Below are positions 53,661 through 64,000 of a stretch of DNA of 64,000 nt, in pieces. The DNA comes from Lama glama (Eukaryota). How positions within the stretch are numbered: the first letter of the stretch is position 1; every line of letters begins with the position of its first letter. The notes below the pieces were generated by a model, which saw only the letters and a program-made list of their open reading frames with translations, did not search any database and was not told the DNA's origin. A program made the position numbers and the translations under genes. The DNA lies in NCBI GenBank assembly GCA_028534125.1, contig CM052817.1, forward strand, positions 89,344,001 through 89,408,000, in the 5' to 3' direction.

Positions 53661-55099
53661 AAGTACATGAAAGCCTCTCTTTGAAACATACAGATTAATG
53701 AGTAGGAGAATATCAATGTTCAATGTCCTAAAAGTATTTTTAAATTACAGAACTGGAATATTCTATACCTAAACCTTTAATATACATCTATTAAAATATT
53801 ATCATTTTCATAGATAGCCAAAATGTCATTACTATATCTAAAATAATTAGAATTTCATATATTATATATTATTTTCTGAGTTTATCTTAGTTTTTGTGTT
53901 TTTCTAATACTTTTTACCAGTTCATGTTTTTTCCTTTTGGCTTCCAATAATAGGTATGCTAGTCTGAAGCCTAGCCTTCTATGTCTCTTTCTAATACTTT
54001 TCATTTCTTACTTTATTTCTGTTAGATTTTCATTTCTTTTCTTACTTTTATTCCCTATATCTCTTACTTTCTTTGCTTTCTCTTGTCTCTTTTCTCCCTT
54101 TTGCTACTTGTAAATTTGTCTGCTTTTCTGAAATTATTTTTTCTTCAATTTATTTCCTGATTTCTGTCAATTTGTACTTCACAGCCTTCCCCTTCCTCTC
54201 TTTGGTTTCCTGCGTATGTGCTCGTGTTTGCTTCAATTATAATCTCAGTTTATTGACATAGCCATTTTCCTTTCTTATTATTTCCATTTTCCTTCTTATT
54301 ATTCATATTTAAATGAATAAAATTTTCATGGTCCAGCTAATAGAATGATCTGATGTAGAAGTGGTAAAAAGTAAGGGTAGTGTTTTCTAGGTTCTTCACT
54401 TAAAGGCTCTCTCTTCTCTTGGTACAAATTGAGTGGTTTCTTTACAACACAGTGTTGCCACCTTAATTCCTTTGCGCAGCCCTTGCTTTATTTCCTTTAC
54501 TCCTAGCACAATGCCCTGCCCTAGTCATTATCAGAAATCACAGCAGGTTTTCCCATGAGGTAGAGCCTCCTGCCTTCTGGGGTAAAATCCTCCTACTCCT
54601 TTACTGCTGTCATTTTCCCTGGGATCAACCACAGGCTTGATTCCTTGGCCTTCCCTATTCTTATTCAGCAACTGGTATAATCCTGCAAACATTTTGTTCT
54701 TATTCTGTATATTTTCCCCTATTATATACCAGGTATTTTGAGCTTGGCAGTTTTTAATCTGTCTTAGGTTCTGCTAAAGGTATAAAATATGGTAGGTTCC
54801 GATTATCCTTCTAAATGCTTTGTATGGTTATTATCAGAAAAATTGAAAAGATTTCATTCTAGGTTGTTGCTATGCTCTTATTGTTGGTAATTTACTTTTT
54901 ATAGGCAAAGTGTGTCAAGTATGAAAAATGCCCAAACTCTATAAACTGAAAATACAGAAAAGGTCTTTGAGAATTTTCTTTTGTTTAATTCATGTATTGT
55001 TTTACTCATAAATTTATCTAACATTTACTGAGGGCTTGTGTGAGGTTTTATTTTTCCTATTATCTTTACTTGTACTACTCAGCTGCTTCTCCAAACAAT

Positions 55100-55250
55100 T
55101 AATGATATAAATACTACTATTCATCGTACCTTTAGAGATGGGAAAACTTGGTCACAATAAGCTCAGTTAAGTTGTCCAATATCACCTAACTTTCAGATAG
55201 GAGAATCTATACCCAAGTGGTTAACTACAGACTGGGTATATTAATTAGTA
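55100..55250 (-). mobile_element. MIR SINE
   Basis: ctttagagatgggaaaacttggtcac...gttaagttgtccaatatcacctaac. Confidence 0.6.
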
Positions 55251-57542
55251 TGTAGAGAGCCAAGATAATGTAAAAAGAAAAAAAAATGGGTTTTCTGGTA
55301 AAAACAAACAAACAAAATGTATCTTTATATAAATTAGGTAATAAATTCTAAAATCTTTATGATTAGAAGGTTTTTTTTTAGAATTTAATGTTCAATAGAC
55401 TTCGAATAATTAGTAAGGACCTTATATAAAAATCTCCTTAGTTCATGTATTTTCCTCCTCCAAAAAAAGAAAAACAATTCATTTTTATAGAATTGTGTAA
55501 TCATACTAAGAAGTAATACCAGTTATGATCAGTTAAAGAAGATTGTTTCTAATATTGAATTTAATGCTTCAGATTTCTTAGTAACAATTCTTGTCTCTCC
55601 CCATAATATGGGAAATCATCGGTGTTATCTACACATAAAACTTAAGGTAAGGAGTAGAAAAATGTTGTCTTTCATCATTATAATAAAAAAAAAAAATCTG
55701 TGAATTTCAACATATCTTTAACTATACTGAATCTGTGAGCTATCTAAGTCTAGATAACAGTTTCCACTTATATACACTTATCTAATTATTATTCTTGTAG
55801 TTTTTCTGAGAAACTTTCATATTTGAAATGAATATTTTTATAGGAAATAAAACTATACTTACTGTATACACAAAGTTGATTTTAGTTCCAATGTAACAAA
55901 AATGAGAAATTTATTTTTTGAAGTAAGTATATTCTTATGCAAGTTTTACTCTTGTCATCACATTAGAGATTTTTGCATCAAGAAACTAGCTGAGTCTGAG
56001 AAAGTTCTGCTAAATGTTATCAGTAAATAATCATAACAAGTAGTAATATCATTTGTAAATATTTCAAATTATGAAATTCATTTTATTTAGTGTTACATTA
56101 AATGTATTTTCATATTCTTACCACTTTTTATTAGTCTGTTTTGTCTTAGAGCATTGTTTTTTAGCACAGAAACTTTTTCATGTGTATAAATCTATATAGT
56201 CTTCCACCACTGAAACTCTCACTTCTGCTGGGAATTTAAAATGATATTCAGTAATTCAAAATAACTAATTATGTAACATGTATTACAACAGGAGTAGAAT
56301 TAAACAGAAATTGAATGATGCACTAAATATTAAATTATGTTATATTTTACACTATTTCTTTTATCAAGAAAAGGAAGCGAACAATGGTAGTATGAGCATT
56401 ATATCACAGTAAAATAGTTTTGTTGAACTATATCAATCTGTTCGTAATAATCTCCTCATATGGAAAATCAAATGTCAGCTTAAAACAACATTTATAATTG
56501 GCATTTCTTCCTGTCATTTGGTTTAATGATCCCTGAGTATTTGATAATAAAGATAATATTGGAGTTGATTTCTTTGATTTGCTTTGATGTTTTCAAGGCA
56601 GGAAATGCTTTCAAATCATTTTCTGTGTATAATCTGAATGCAGGTAAAGAATTCCTCAACTTGTCAGAATGCTAATTAAATGCAATAATAATTTGTGTAA
56701 CCTGCTGTGATACTAAAGTGGCTAATGACAATCACTTGGGTTTCCAACCAGGAAGGGTTTGTTTTAATGCACATGTCTAATTTAAGAAGTTTACTATTTT
56801 ATTATCACATAATATTGTCATTTGCTTGAAATAATGCAAAGCTAATAGCTGACTGATGATTCCTTAAGAATTTATGGCTTCTTGTAAAATCAACAGAGAA
56901 TCTATTTCCAAAGAAAGAAATATCAAAATTAAGTAATAATTTTAAATTAATGGGGAAAATATTTCAGGCAACTCACAATAATTCCTAGCTTTTTAAAATT
57001 TACTATTCCATGATGTTTCACTGTAGGAAAGGCTCTAAATTTACAGATAAATGCTGGGCTTGCTACCTTAATATGTGAGTGTGTTCGCTCTAGAGGCAGT
57101 GCAGCGGCTACACAGCCACAATTTCGTGCTCCAAGAGAATTAATGGTGGAAAGTTACATGATGCTCAAATAGCTCCTTCCTTAGGAAAAAGGACACTATC
57201 CAGAAAGTCACATACCTAACAAAATCTATTGGAACCATGGGACTTAGATATTTTTATAAACCTATTTCCTTTTTTATAGAGCTTTAAAGAATCATCTTTG
57301 TTCAAAAAGAGGAATATTTTGTTTACTATAAATGGATAGAACTTTTTTCACATTTTCACAGATGCCAGTGTTTTTTTAGTTCAGAAATTAATTTAAAATG
57401 TCATCATTAAATAAATTCCTGTATTATTTTGAAATATTTATTTCATTATCAATGCCAAAGGTAATCAAGGCAATTACTCTTGAGGCACAAAGCAGATGTT
57501 ACTGTAAGAATGTTCTGTCACTACCCCTTACTGTGGTGTGCC

Positions 57543-58090
57543 ATGGTGGCAGGCAGAGTTGCTAAAATGCCCTCCTTACCCGCCATGATGTCTCACCCTA
57601 ATCCCTGGAATCTGTGTCTATAATGAGATGTCACTTCTTTAATCATATTATATGACACAATTGACATTAAGATAGAGGATTAACCAAGTATGCTTGATCT
57701 AACTGAATGAGCCCTCAAAAACAGAGACTTCTCTGGTAGCAGAAGGGGAAGAGATTCAAAATACAAGGTCTGATGTGCCATACTGATAGCTTGAATACGG
57801 AGAGAGCCAAACGCCAAAGCAAGAGGCAGCCTCCACCTTAAAGCAAGCAAGAAAACACGCACCTCCATCCTACAACCACAAGAAATGATTTCAGCCAACA
57901 ATGAATGAGGTTGGTAGTGGATTACTCCTTACAGCCTCCAGATAATAGTCCAACCGAAGAGACAGCCGGGTCTGTAAGCCAATTGAGTGACTCAAACTTC
58001 TCACCAATAGAACTGTGACACAGAAAATTGATTTGGTTTTCAGCTGCTAAGTTTGTGATCATTTCTCATGTAGCAATAGAAAACTACACA
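57543..58090 (+). mobile_element. MaLR LTR (MLT1D/E-like)
   Basis: ctaatccctggaatctgtg...gcagcctcca...cctacaaccacaagaaatgatttcagccaacaatgaatgag...ctgctaagtttgtgatcattt...tagcaatagaaaactacaca. Confidence 0.88.
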
Positions 58091-58316
58091 GAGACGAAGG
58101 TGAAAAAAAAAATTAGCCTCACCCAGGGTTAAATGTGCTTTCTTTCTTATCCTGGAGAGAGTCTCTTTATCTAGCCTGGTAAGTAATCTTAGAAAAAGAA
58201 TGCCTCTTCCTTGTATCTTCCCAATATTAGGTAAATAGCTTAAATATAACTGTTACAAATTAAAATTTGTTTTCCATTTAGAACACATGACCTATTTGGG
58301 CACAAATGTATGAAAA

Positions 58317-58832
58317 TGTTATGCCAGTCATTTCCCTGTTTGCTCTCAGATCCACCCCTGCTCCTCATGGGGTTGATACCTACAGATGATAATCCTCATG
58401 CTTCTGCACCTCCTGGTTTCAGTTAGGTGTAGTCAGTGGGTGGCCTGGTGGGTCCAGAGAGCAGGAAGAAGGGATAAACCAGGGCAACTCCTTTCCAGCC
58501 TCCAGTGATCATCTCCAGCACAGGCTCATATTTCAGCTTTTACCTTACAGCTATCCCCTGCCCCATGCCCCAGCTCCTCCAGGTAGGCCTGGGAAAGGTC
58601 TCCAACCCACGGGTTCAGCTCCTGCCTGGTGTTTATAGCTCATGGACCCTGGTAACCCCATTGTTTTTTCCAGCCCCTCCTACCCTAAGGGGTTTCTGCA
58701 GTTGATTTCTAGTTGTCTCATATTCCCCTTTTTTCAGCTCTTTGTGTACCTCTGTAACTAGTTCCCTATATTACACTCACTAGAATTATCTAGTATAGAT
58801 TCTGTTTTCCTGACATGAACCTGACTAATACC
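58317..58832 (+). mobile_element. ERVL 5' LTR (LTR33/LTR16-like)
   Basis: Ends ttctgttttcctgacatgaacctgactaatac, followed directly by ERVL leader (aagtggtctcaagaaacagatc). Confidence 0.8.
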
Positions 58833-61800
58833 GTTGTTAGGAGAAGTGGTCTCAAGAAACAGATCTTTCATTAGAATTCTGGAATTGGATTCCACACCTA
58901 TTTGAGCTATAACATAGTGGTGATTTCCTTACTGTCAGTCAGAGAAGGGATACTAAATACCCATGGCATAAGGTTACATCATTATTACTTAAACTATCAC
59001 CAGTAGTGGTTATTTGAAATCAGGTCTTCTGGAAATAAAATTGCTATTGCCCTTAATCATTGTGGTAGAAATGATGACTACAAAGTTCATGGTATGAAAT
59101 GGCCACTTCGGGCTATACTGGAAAAGAAAATGATAAAAATCTTGCATTAAAACTTTCAGCTCAAGACTTAGAATACCAGAGAGAAATCTTCTATTGTAAC
59201 TACGAAACAGTATCTTACTTCTTACAGTCACAGGGTCCACAGGGCTAAGAATCAAACTCTAAATTTAATCATGCCAGTTGGGAAATAATAATGCAAATTG
59301 AATGAAAAGCTTTACTGAGTTTTTTTGTTTTTTTAAAATAAAGGCTAGAACACTGAAGAGTGACTTCCCAAGATTTGTAATGGAGACTTCTAATTGGAGT
59401 CAGAAGAATCTGAGAAACTTGAGCCCTTAACATTCCCCTGAGCCTTCTGCTCACAGTGGAAGAAAGCCTCTTCCTTCTTTTACTGAGGAGACATCTCCCC
59501 CTTCTTAAAGACCCTGTAATAATCTCACTTTGCAATGGGATATCTATTCTCCTTAAGACCCACCCTCATTATTCCCCTTTGCCCCCAGACCCATAACAGG
59601 ACACACCCCAGCATACCTCTGGGAAATAAGGCAAACTCTGACCCAAGATCAGAAGTCATATACACAAAAATAATTGTAAGATTTGATCATTTATTTTGGC
59701 AAGATCCTGGGGGACGTTAATAGAAATAGATTTAAATGTGACAGGCACTCTGTAACATGGATTCAGTCAAATTTATCCATATGTATATATTTTATTAAGA
59801 CTTTTATTTCAATGTGCTAATTTCCAGCAGTTGAAAGTGGCTCTGACAGTTTGATTAATTTACCAAAAGCTATACACAAAAGCGGACCACATTCAACAGA
59901 GTGAGATGCCAGAAAATCCCTGGCAGGAGGAGGAAGAAGAAATCCAAACATTTAGGAGCTGTAAATGTTAGAATAGATTTATGATGTGAGTAACACAAGC
60001 TACATCAGGAAGATCCAAACTACAGTTCCTTTACCAAAGCATCATTAACTAACTTAAAGAGGGAAACACCAGCATCTGTGAAAAATCTCTGGGGTGGTTT
60101 TCCTTTGAAAACCAAGGTTAACATTGGAAAACACCTGCATTGAAATGAACTCATTGATTTCCATGGGACTAATGGGATCCTGAGGTGACAAAGTCTAGGT
60201 AGTAAAATTTAATAATCAGAATAACATGGGCAGCTGGGGTGGATTGACAAATAAGATATTTTGACTTTGACACTCAAGTATCTTCAATGGTGGCTAATTG
60301 ATTACTGGACCCACAGATATAAAAGAGTTTCTAGGCTAGTAAAATATTATTTAAAAGTGCAGACTTACTCAATTGCAAGACACACTTCACAATCGGAGCC
60401 TCTTGCCTGAGGAGAAGATTGGATTCCTTTGAATAAATACCCTTCAACAATGCCACAAGTATATACCATAAGTCACCCTACAAGCCTCCTTCGCAAGTGG
60501 AACTTGAGGCCACTTACCAGGGTGACTGTGCTCTGAGGAAAGGAAAATACTGCAATTTTCCAGTGACTATTAGGTAGTGTTAATGTTTTGAAGATGATCT
60601 CTGGAGATCCAATTCACCACTGTGGCCCTTGGTTAAGGGATGGGGATTATGAGTCAGGTGCTAAATAAAGTTTTTTTTTAGGTTTTTCATGCACTGAAGT
60701 CAATGTACCTGTGATTTCACCTTGAATATATTTCCCCAGTTTCAGAATACATAATTGTAATATATACTTGGCAACTGGCAGAATCCCTGCACAGGCTACT
60801 GACCCATGTAGTATAGGTTATTATAATGAGAATGGACAAATGAGAGCTTTATGACTGCTCTGATATCCAAATTTTAAAAAACAGAAACAATACCCCATCT
60901 GTGATCCCTGAGGGAATTGAAGAGATAAGTGTCACCCTCAAATACTTGAACAATATAGGGGGTGGTGATTCCTACCACATGGCTATTTTCCTTGAATGTT
61001 TTCCTTGGAAAAAATCAGAAGTTCTTGAAGAATGATTGTAGATTTTCATAATTGTCATCAGATGATAACGGAGCTGCATTTCCCAAACCAGACATTTCGG
61101 AGCAAACCTCTGTATACTGTGTTATCTGATATGCAGCTATTGATCTGGAAACTGCTAAACCTTCATACTAATTTACAAGAAAAATAAGGAGTTTACCTTT
61201 ACCTGGCAGTGTGGCAGTATAACTCACTGTCTTAGCTAAGCTCTATGGCAACCTTGAGCCATCTCTTATAATACAATACCCAGGGACAAGGATAGCATTG
61301 AATTCTACAGAGCATCATTCTGGCTCACCTTGATGATATCAAGCTTAATCATGTAGAGGGAAAAAAAAGTAGCAGTACTTTAGATGGTTGGTAGGTACAA
61401 ATATACATGACAGAATGTGAGTGATAAACTGGAAAATCAGGGCCTGCCACAAAATAAGGAAATGACGATGCCTAGCTCCAGATTTTGGAGCAAAACTGTG
61501 CAACTACTCACACTGGGCTGACTTCCTATTTGTCTACTTGATGTGTACTCTTCCTGGAAGAAATGATGGCCTGTGGTACAGATGTACCCTGACTTATAGT
61601 ATCAATTAAGAGTTTAGAAAGAAAATATTCAAATACTTATGACAATGCATGAGGGAGAATACAGACAGACTTAACATGTGCATGGATTGTGAGAATTTTC
61701 TGTTCTATATATATATACTCACAAAAGTTCTCCTACTTGAGAGGAGTCTCTCAATAATCATATGGGTAAGATGGCCCATTCTACATATGAATTTATCTTT

Positions 61801-62040
61801 CTTGCTCATAGAACTCCTGCCAGTATTAATATTCTTAGGTTCTTATTCACCATTGTGTTTGATATCATATACATGGTTACTTCTCACTAAGGAGCTTGTT
61901 TTACTGCAAAAGAATGCAAAAATGGCTTTTTAATTATGGGTTTTCATGCTGTCACTATATACCCCATTATCCAGAAGTAGCTCCCCAGTAAAGCTATGGA
62001 ATGATTTACCAATGACTCACTTATGGAAGATAGTTGACAG
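58833..62040 (+). mobile_element. Degenerate ERVL internal region (gag-pol; ERV3-16A3/ERVL-E-like)
   Basis: gag EMPENPWQEEEEEIQTFR (about 59903); RT IPEGIEEISVTLK (about 60904), RMIVDFH, YAAIDL (61130), FTFTWQ, LAHLDDI (61320); integrase YIPHYPEVA (about 61956). Many stops and deletions. Confidence 0.88.
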
Positions 62041-63089
62041 AAAATATTGAGTAGAATTAGTTTATTCTGCTCTAGTTGGGCAGGCAAAGATCTTGGATAG
62101 AAACCCAAAGCAGCCTCAGTTGATATAGTATATTCTTGGAGAACACACTCACACTGGGGTTGTTTGCATAAAGTTGTGGAGAGATCTGAGAGTACCAGAG
62201 TGAAGACAGAGGCTAAGATTCAGAAAGTCAGACACCTGTTGGCCAGAGGGACAAAAGAGGGCTGGATACAAAACTGAGAGCCTTCTAACGTTCTGTTACT
62301 TTCACATAATTAAAAAATAGTATCAACTCTAAAGCTGGCATAAATAAGTCCAAGCAAGTTCTTTTCATAGTAAATAACTCCTGCTTATTTTTTAAATTAT
62401 GTTTTTATTCAAAAATAGGATTTTTCATTTGGTATGTGTTGTGGTTCATGCAAGAGCTCAATGAAGCACTGGAAAGACCCTGTTTTACAAGATAACCAGA
62501 GCACCAAAGTTCCTCCCCTTCATAAGTAATCCCAGAATTTGCCATATTAAGTTGAAAGAGGTAGTCTGTTTCGCATAGCAATGACTTTACTGCCCAATTC
62601 TAGTGAACAGAGACCACACAGAATGTTCCCAGTACCTTCTGGGCAGCCTGGGAGATTCTGCCACTAGGTTCTGTGTCTTCACACTTTTAAAGATTCTCCT
62701 ATGCTCTATATAAGAGGGCTCCTAAATAGTGTCTCTATGATCTAAAAGTTTTACATTTTCCTTCCATCAAGAAATCTACTTATTTCCTCCTGAAATGCCC
62801 TTAAAAGGTTCTGGATAAAACACTCTCAGAGTAAAGAGAATGGTCTTTGTTTTTCCTTTCAGAGTGAAATACCTGCTTGTTGGAATGGCCTTCTGCCTCC
62901 ATTTAACAAAGTGTCAAATGTCAACGGTCTCGTGCTGAGTTACATGTGCCTCAGTCCTTTAAAGAGGCTAAGAAAACATCCCCAGTGGTAGGACACCACT
63001 ACCAGTCAGAGCTGCCCTGTTTTCAATTTACTGGTAAAATTCTTGAACAGAAACATTTTTAAAGAGTTATTTAATAATGCTCTAATGCA

Positions 63090-63265
63090 AATGTTTAATG
63101 TTTGCCAGGCAAAAAGCTAAGCACTTCTTTCTTTTAATATGGAGAACAAATGTATGAGGCTGATATTATTAATGAATTCTTTTGTAGGTGAGGGTATAAA
63201 GAATAAGAAAAGTAAATTAAATTACAAAACTTGGAACTAGTAGATCCAGGATTCTCTCTGATGTC
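63090..63265 (-). mobile_element. MIR SINE
   Basis: tgtttaatgtttgccaggc...tatgaggctgatattatt...tttgtaggtgagg. Confidence 0.55.
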
Positions 63266-63969
63266 TATTTCTAGGTTACAGCATTATGGATTAAATTTTA
63301 TAGTAAAATTCATTTTTATTGATATATTTCGTTTCTAAATTTTCTTTTATGAGAAAGAAACATTTTCATGGAAAATTTTGATAATTTTTTTATGATGTCA
63401 AAAACCTGAACAAAAAAATTCAATTCAGTTATTGAAGTATATCTGTCTCTGCTTGGTATTAAGTGCACACAGAATCAGACCATTAGTATTGCTGGGTAAA
63501 GCAGGGGGTTTGTTGGTGTCATGAGACAACAGCTAGTGGAGGGACTATGACAAACTGTCTAGTACATGACTCATTTAACTGACCAAGTGACAATTTGACT
63601 CTAGCTAATTTTGGTCATGCTAAAATCCAGTCCCTGTTGTCAATATTCTGATTTTTTTCATTAAAAAAAGTTCCTATTTCTGGATTTTATTGGTCAACTA
63701 ATTCGAGAACCTTTGATAACATTGTGCTGACCAAAGTATGTCCACTGCCCAAATACCAGATAAAAGCCAGCTTTTTAACTTTCTTGAGGATAACTACTAA
63801 AGTTTTAATTCATTTTTTATTTTTATTATTTCACATATATACACTTATCATTGTACACATTGTCCTATGATGATACAGTTAGTCTTAATATCTAAACATT
63901 AATCCTTATAAGTAGGGCATAAGCAGAAATGAAAGCAAACATAAATTAAAATTAACCTATCCTAAAGAC

Positions 63970-64000
63970 TGGGGTCTAAGATGGCAGCAAAGGAAGATCT
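63970..64000 (+). mobile_element. Probable 5' start of another L1 (runs off window)
   Basis: AAGATGGCAGCAAAGGAAGATCT closely matches AAGATGGCAGCATAGGAAGACTCT at the 5' end of the L1 at 426. Confidence 0.6.

Noticed and set aside
57083..57106. CTCF-like site (gttcgctctagaggcagtgc)
   Set aside because: Core spacing is one base short of CCASYAGRKGGC and key positions mismatch

Overview
AT-rich, gene-poor mammalian genomic DNA dominated by transposable elements. The source is probably a camelid or related laurasiatherian. This is inferred from the L1 3' ends and from my not seeing any Alu, B1/B2, Bov-tA/BovB, CHR, PRE-1 or SINEC elements. I found no supportable intact protein-coding gene or RNA gene; the short ORFs in the track are TE remnants or chance. 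Main content: a full-length dead L1 with TSDs (426-6993); a TSD-flanked L1 that keeps 5'UTR, ORF1 and the 3' end but lacks about 3.5 kb of ORF2, i.e. half-L1/HAL1-like architecture (29751-32728, minus); two 5'-truncated younger L1s, one spanning a 500-N gap; ancient L1, L2 and MIR fragments; MaLR (MLT1) LTRs and an internal segment; several ERV1-class solo LTRs with 4-bp TSDs, including a young LTR nested in an older one; and an ERVL LTR with degenerate gag-pol (58317-62040). I did not find a convincing novel biological system. The ORF2-deleted L1 is the best lead. Subfamily names come from recalled consensus sequences and need RepeatMasker/Dfam confirmation.
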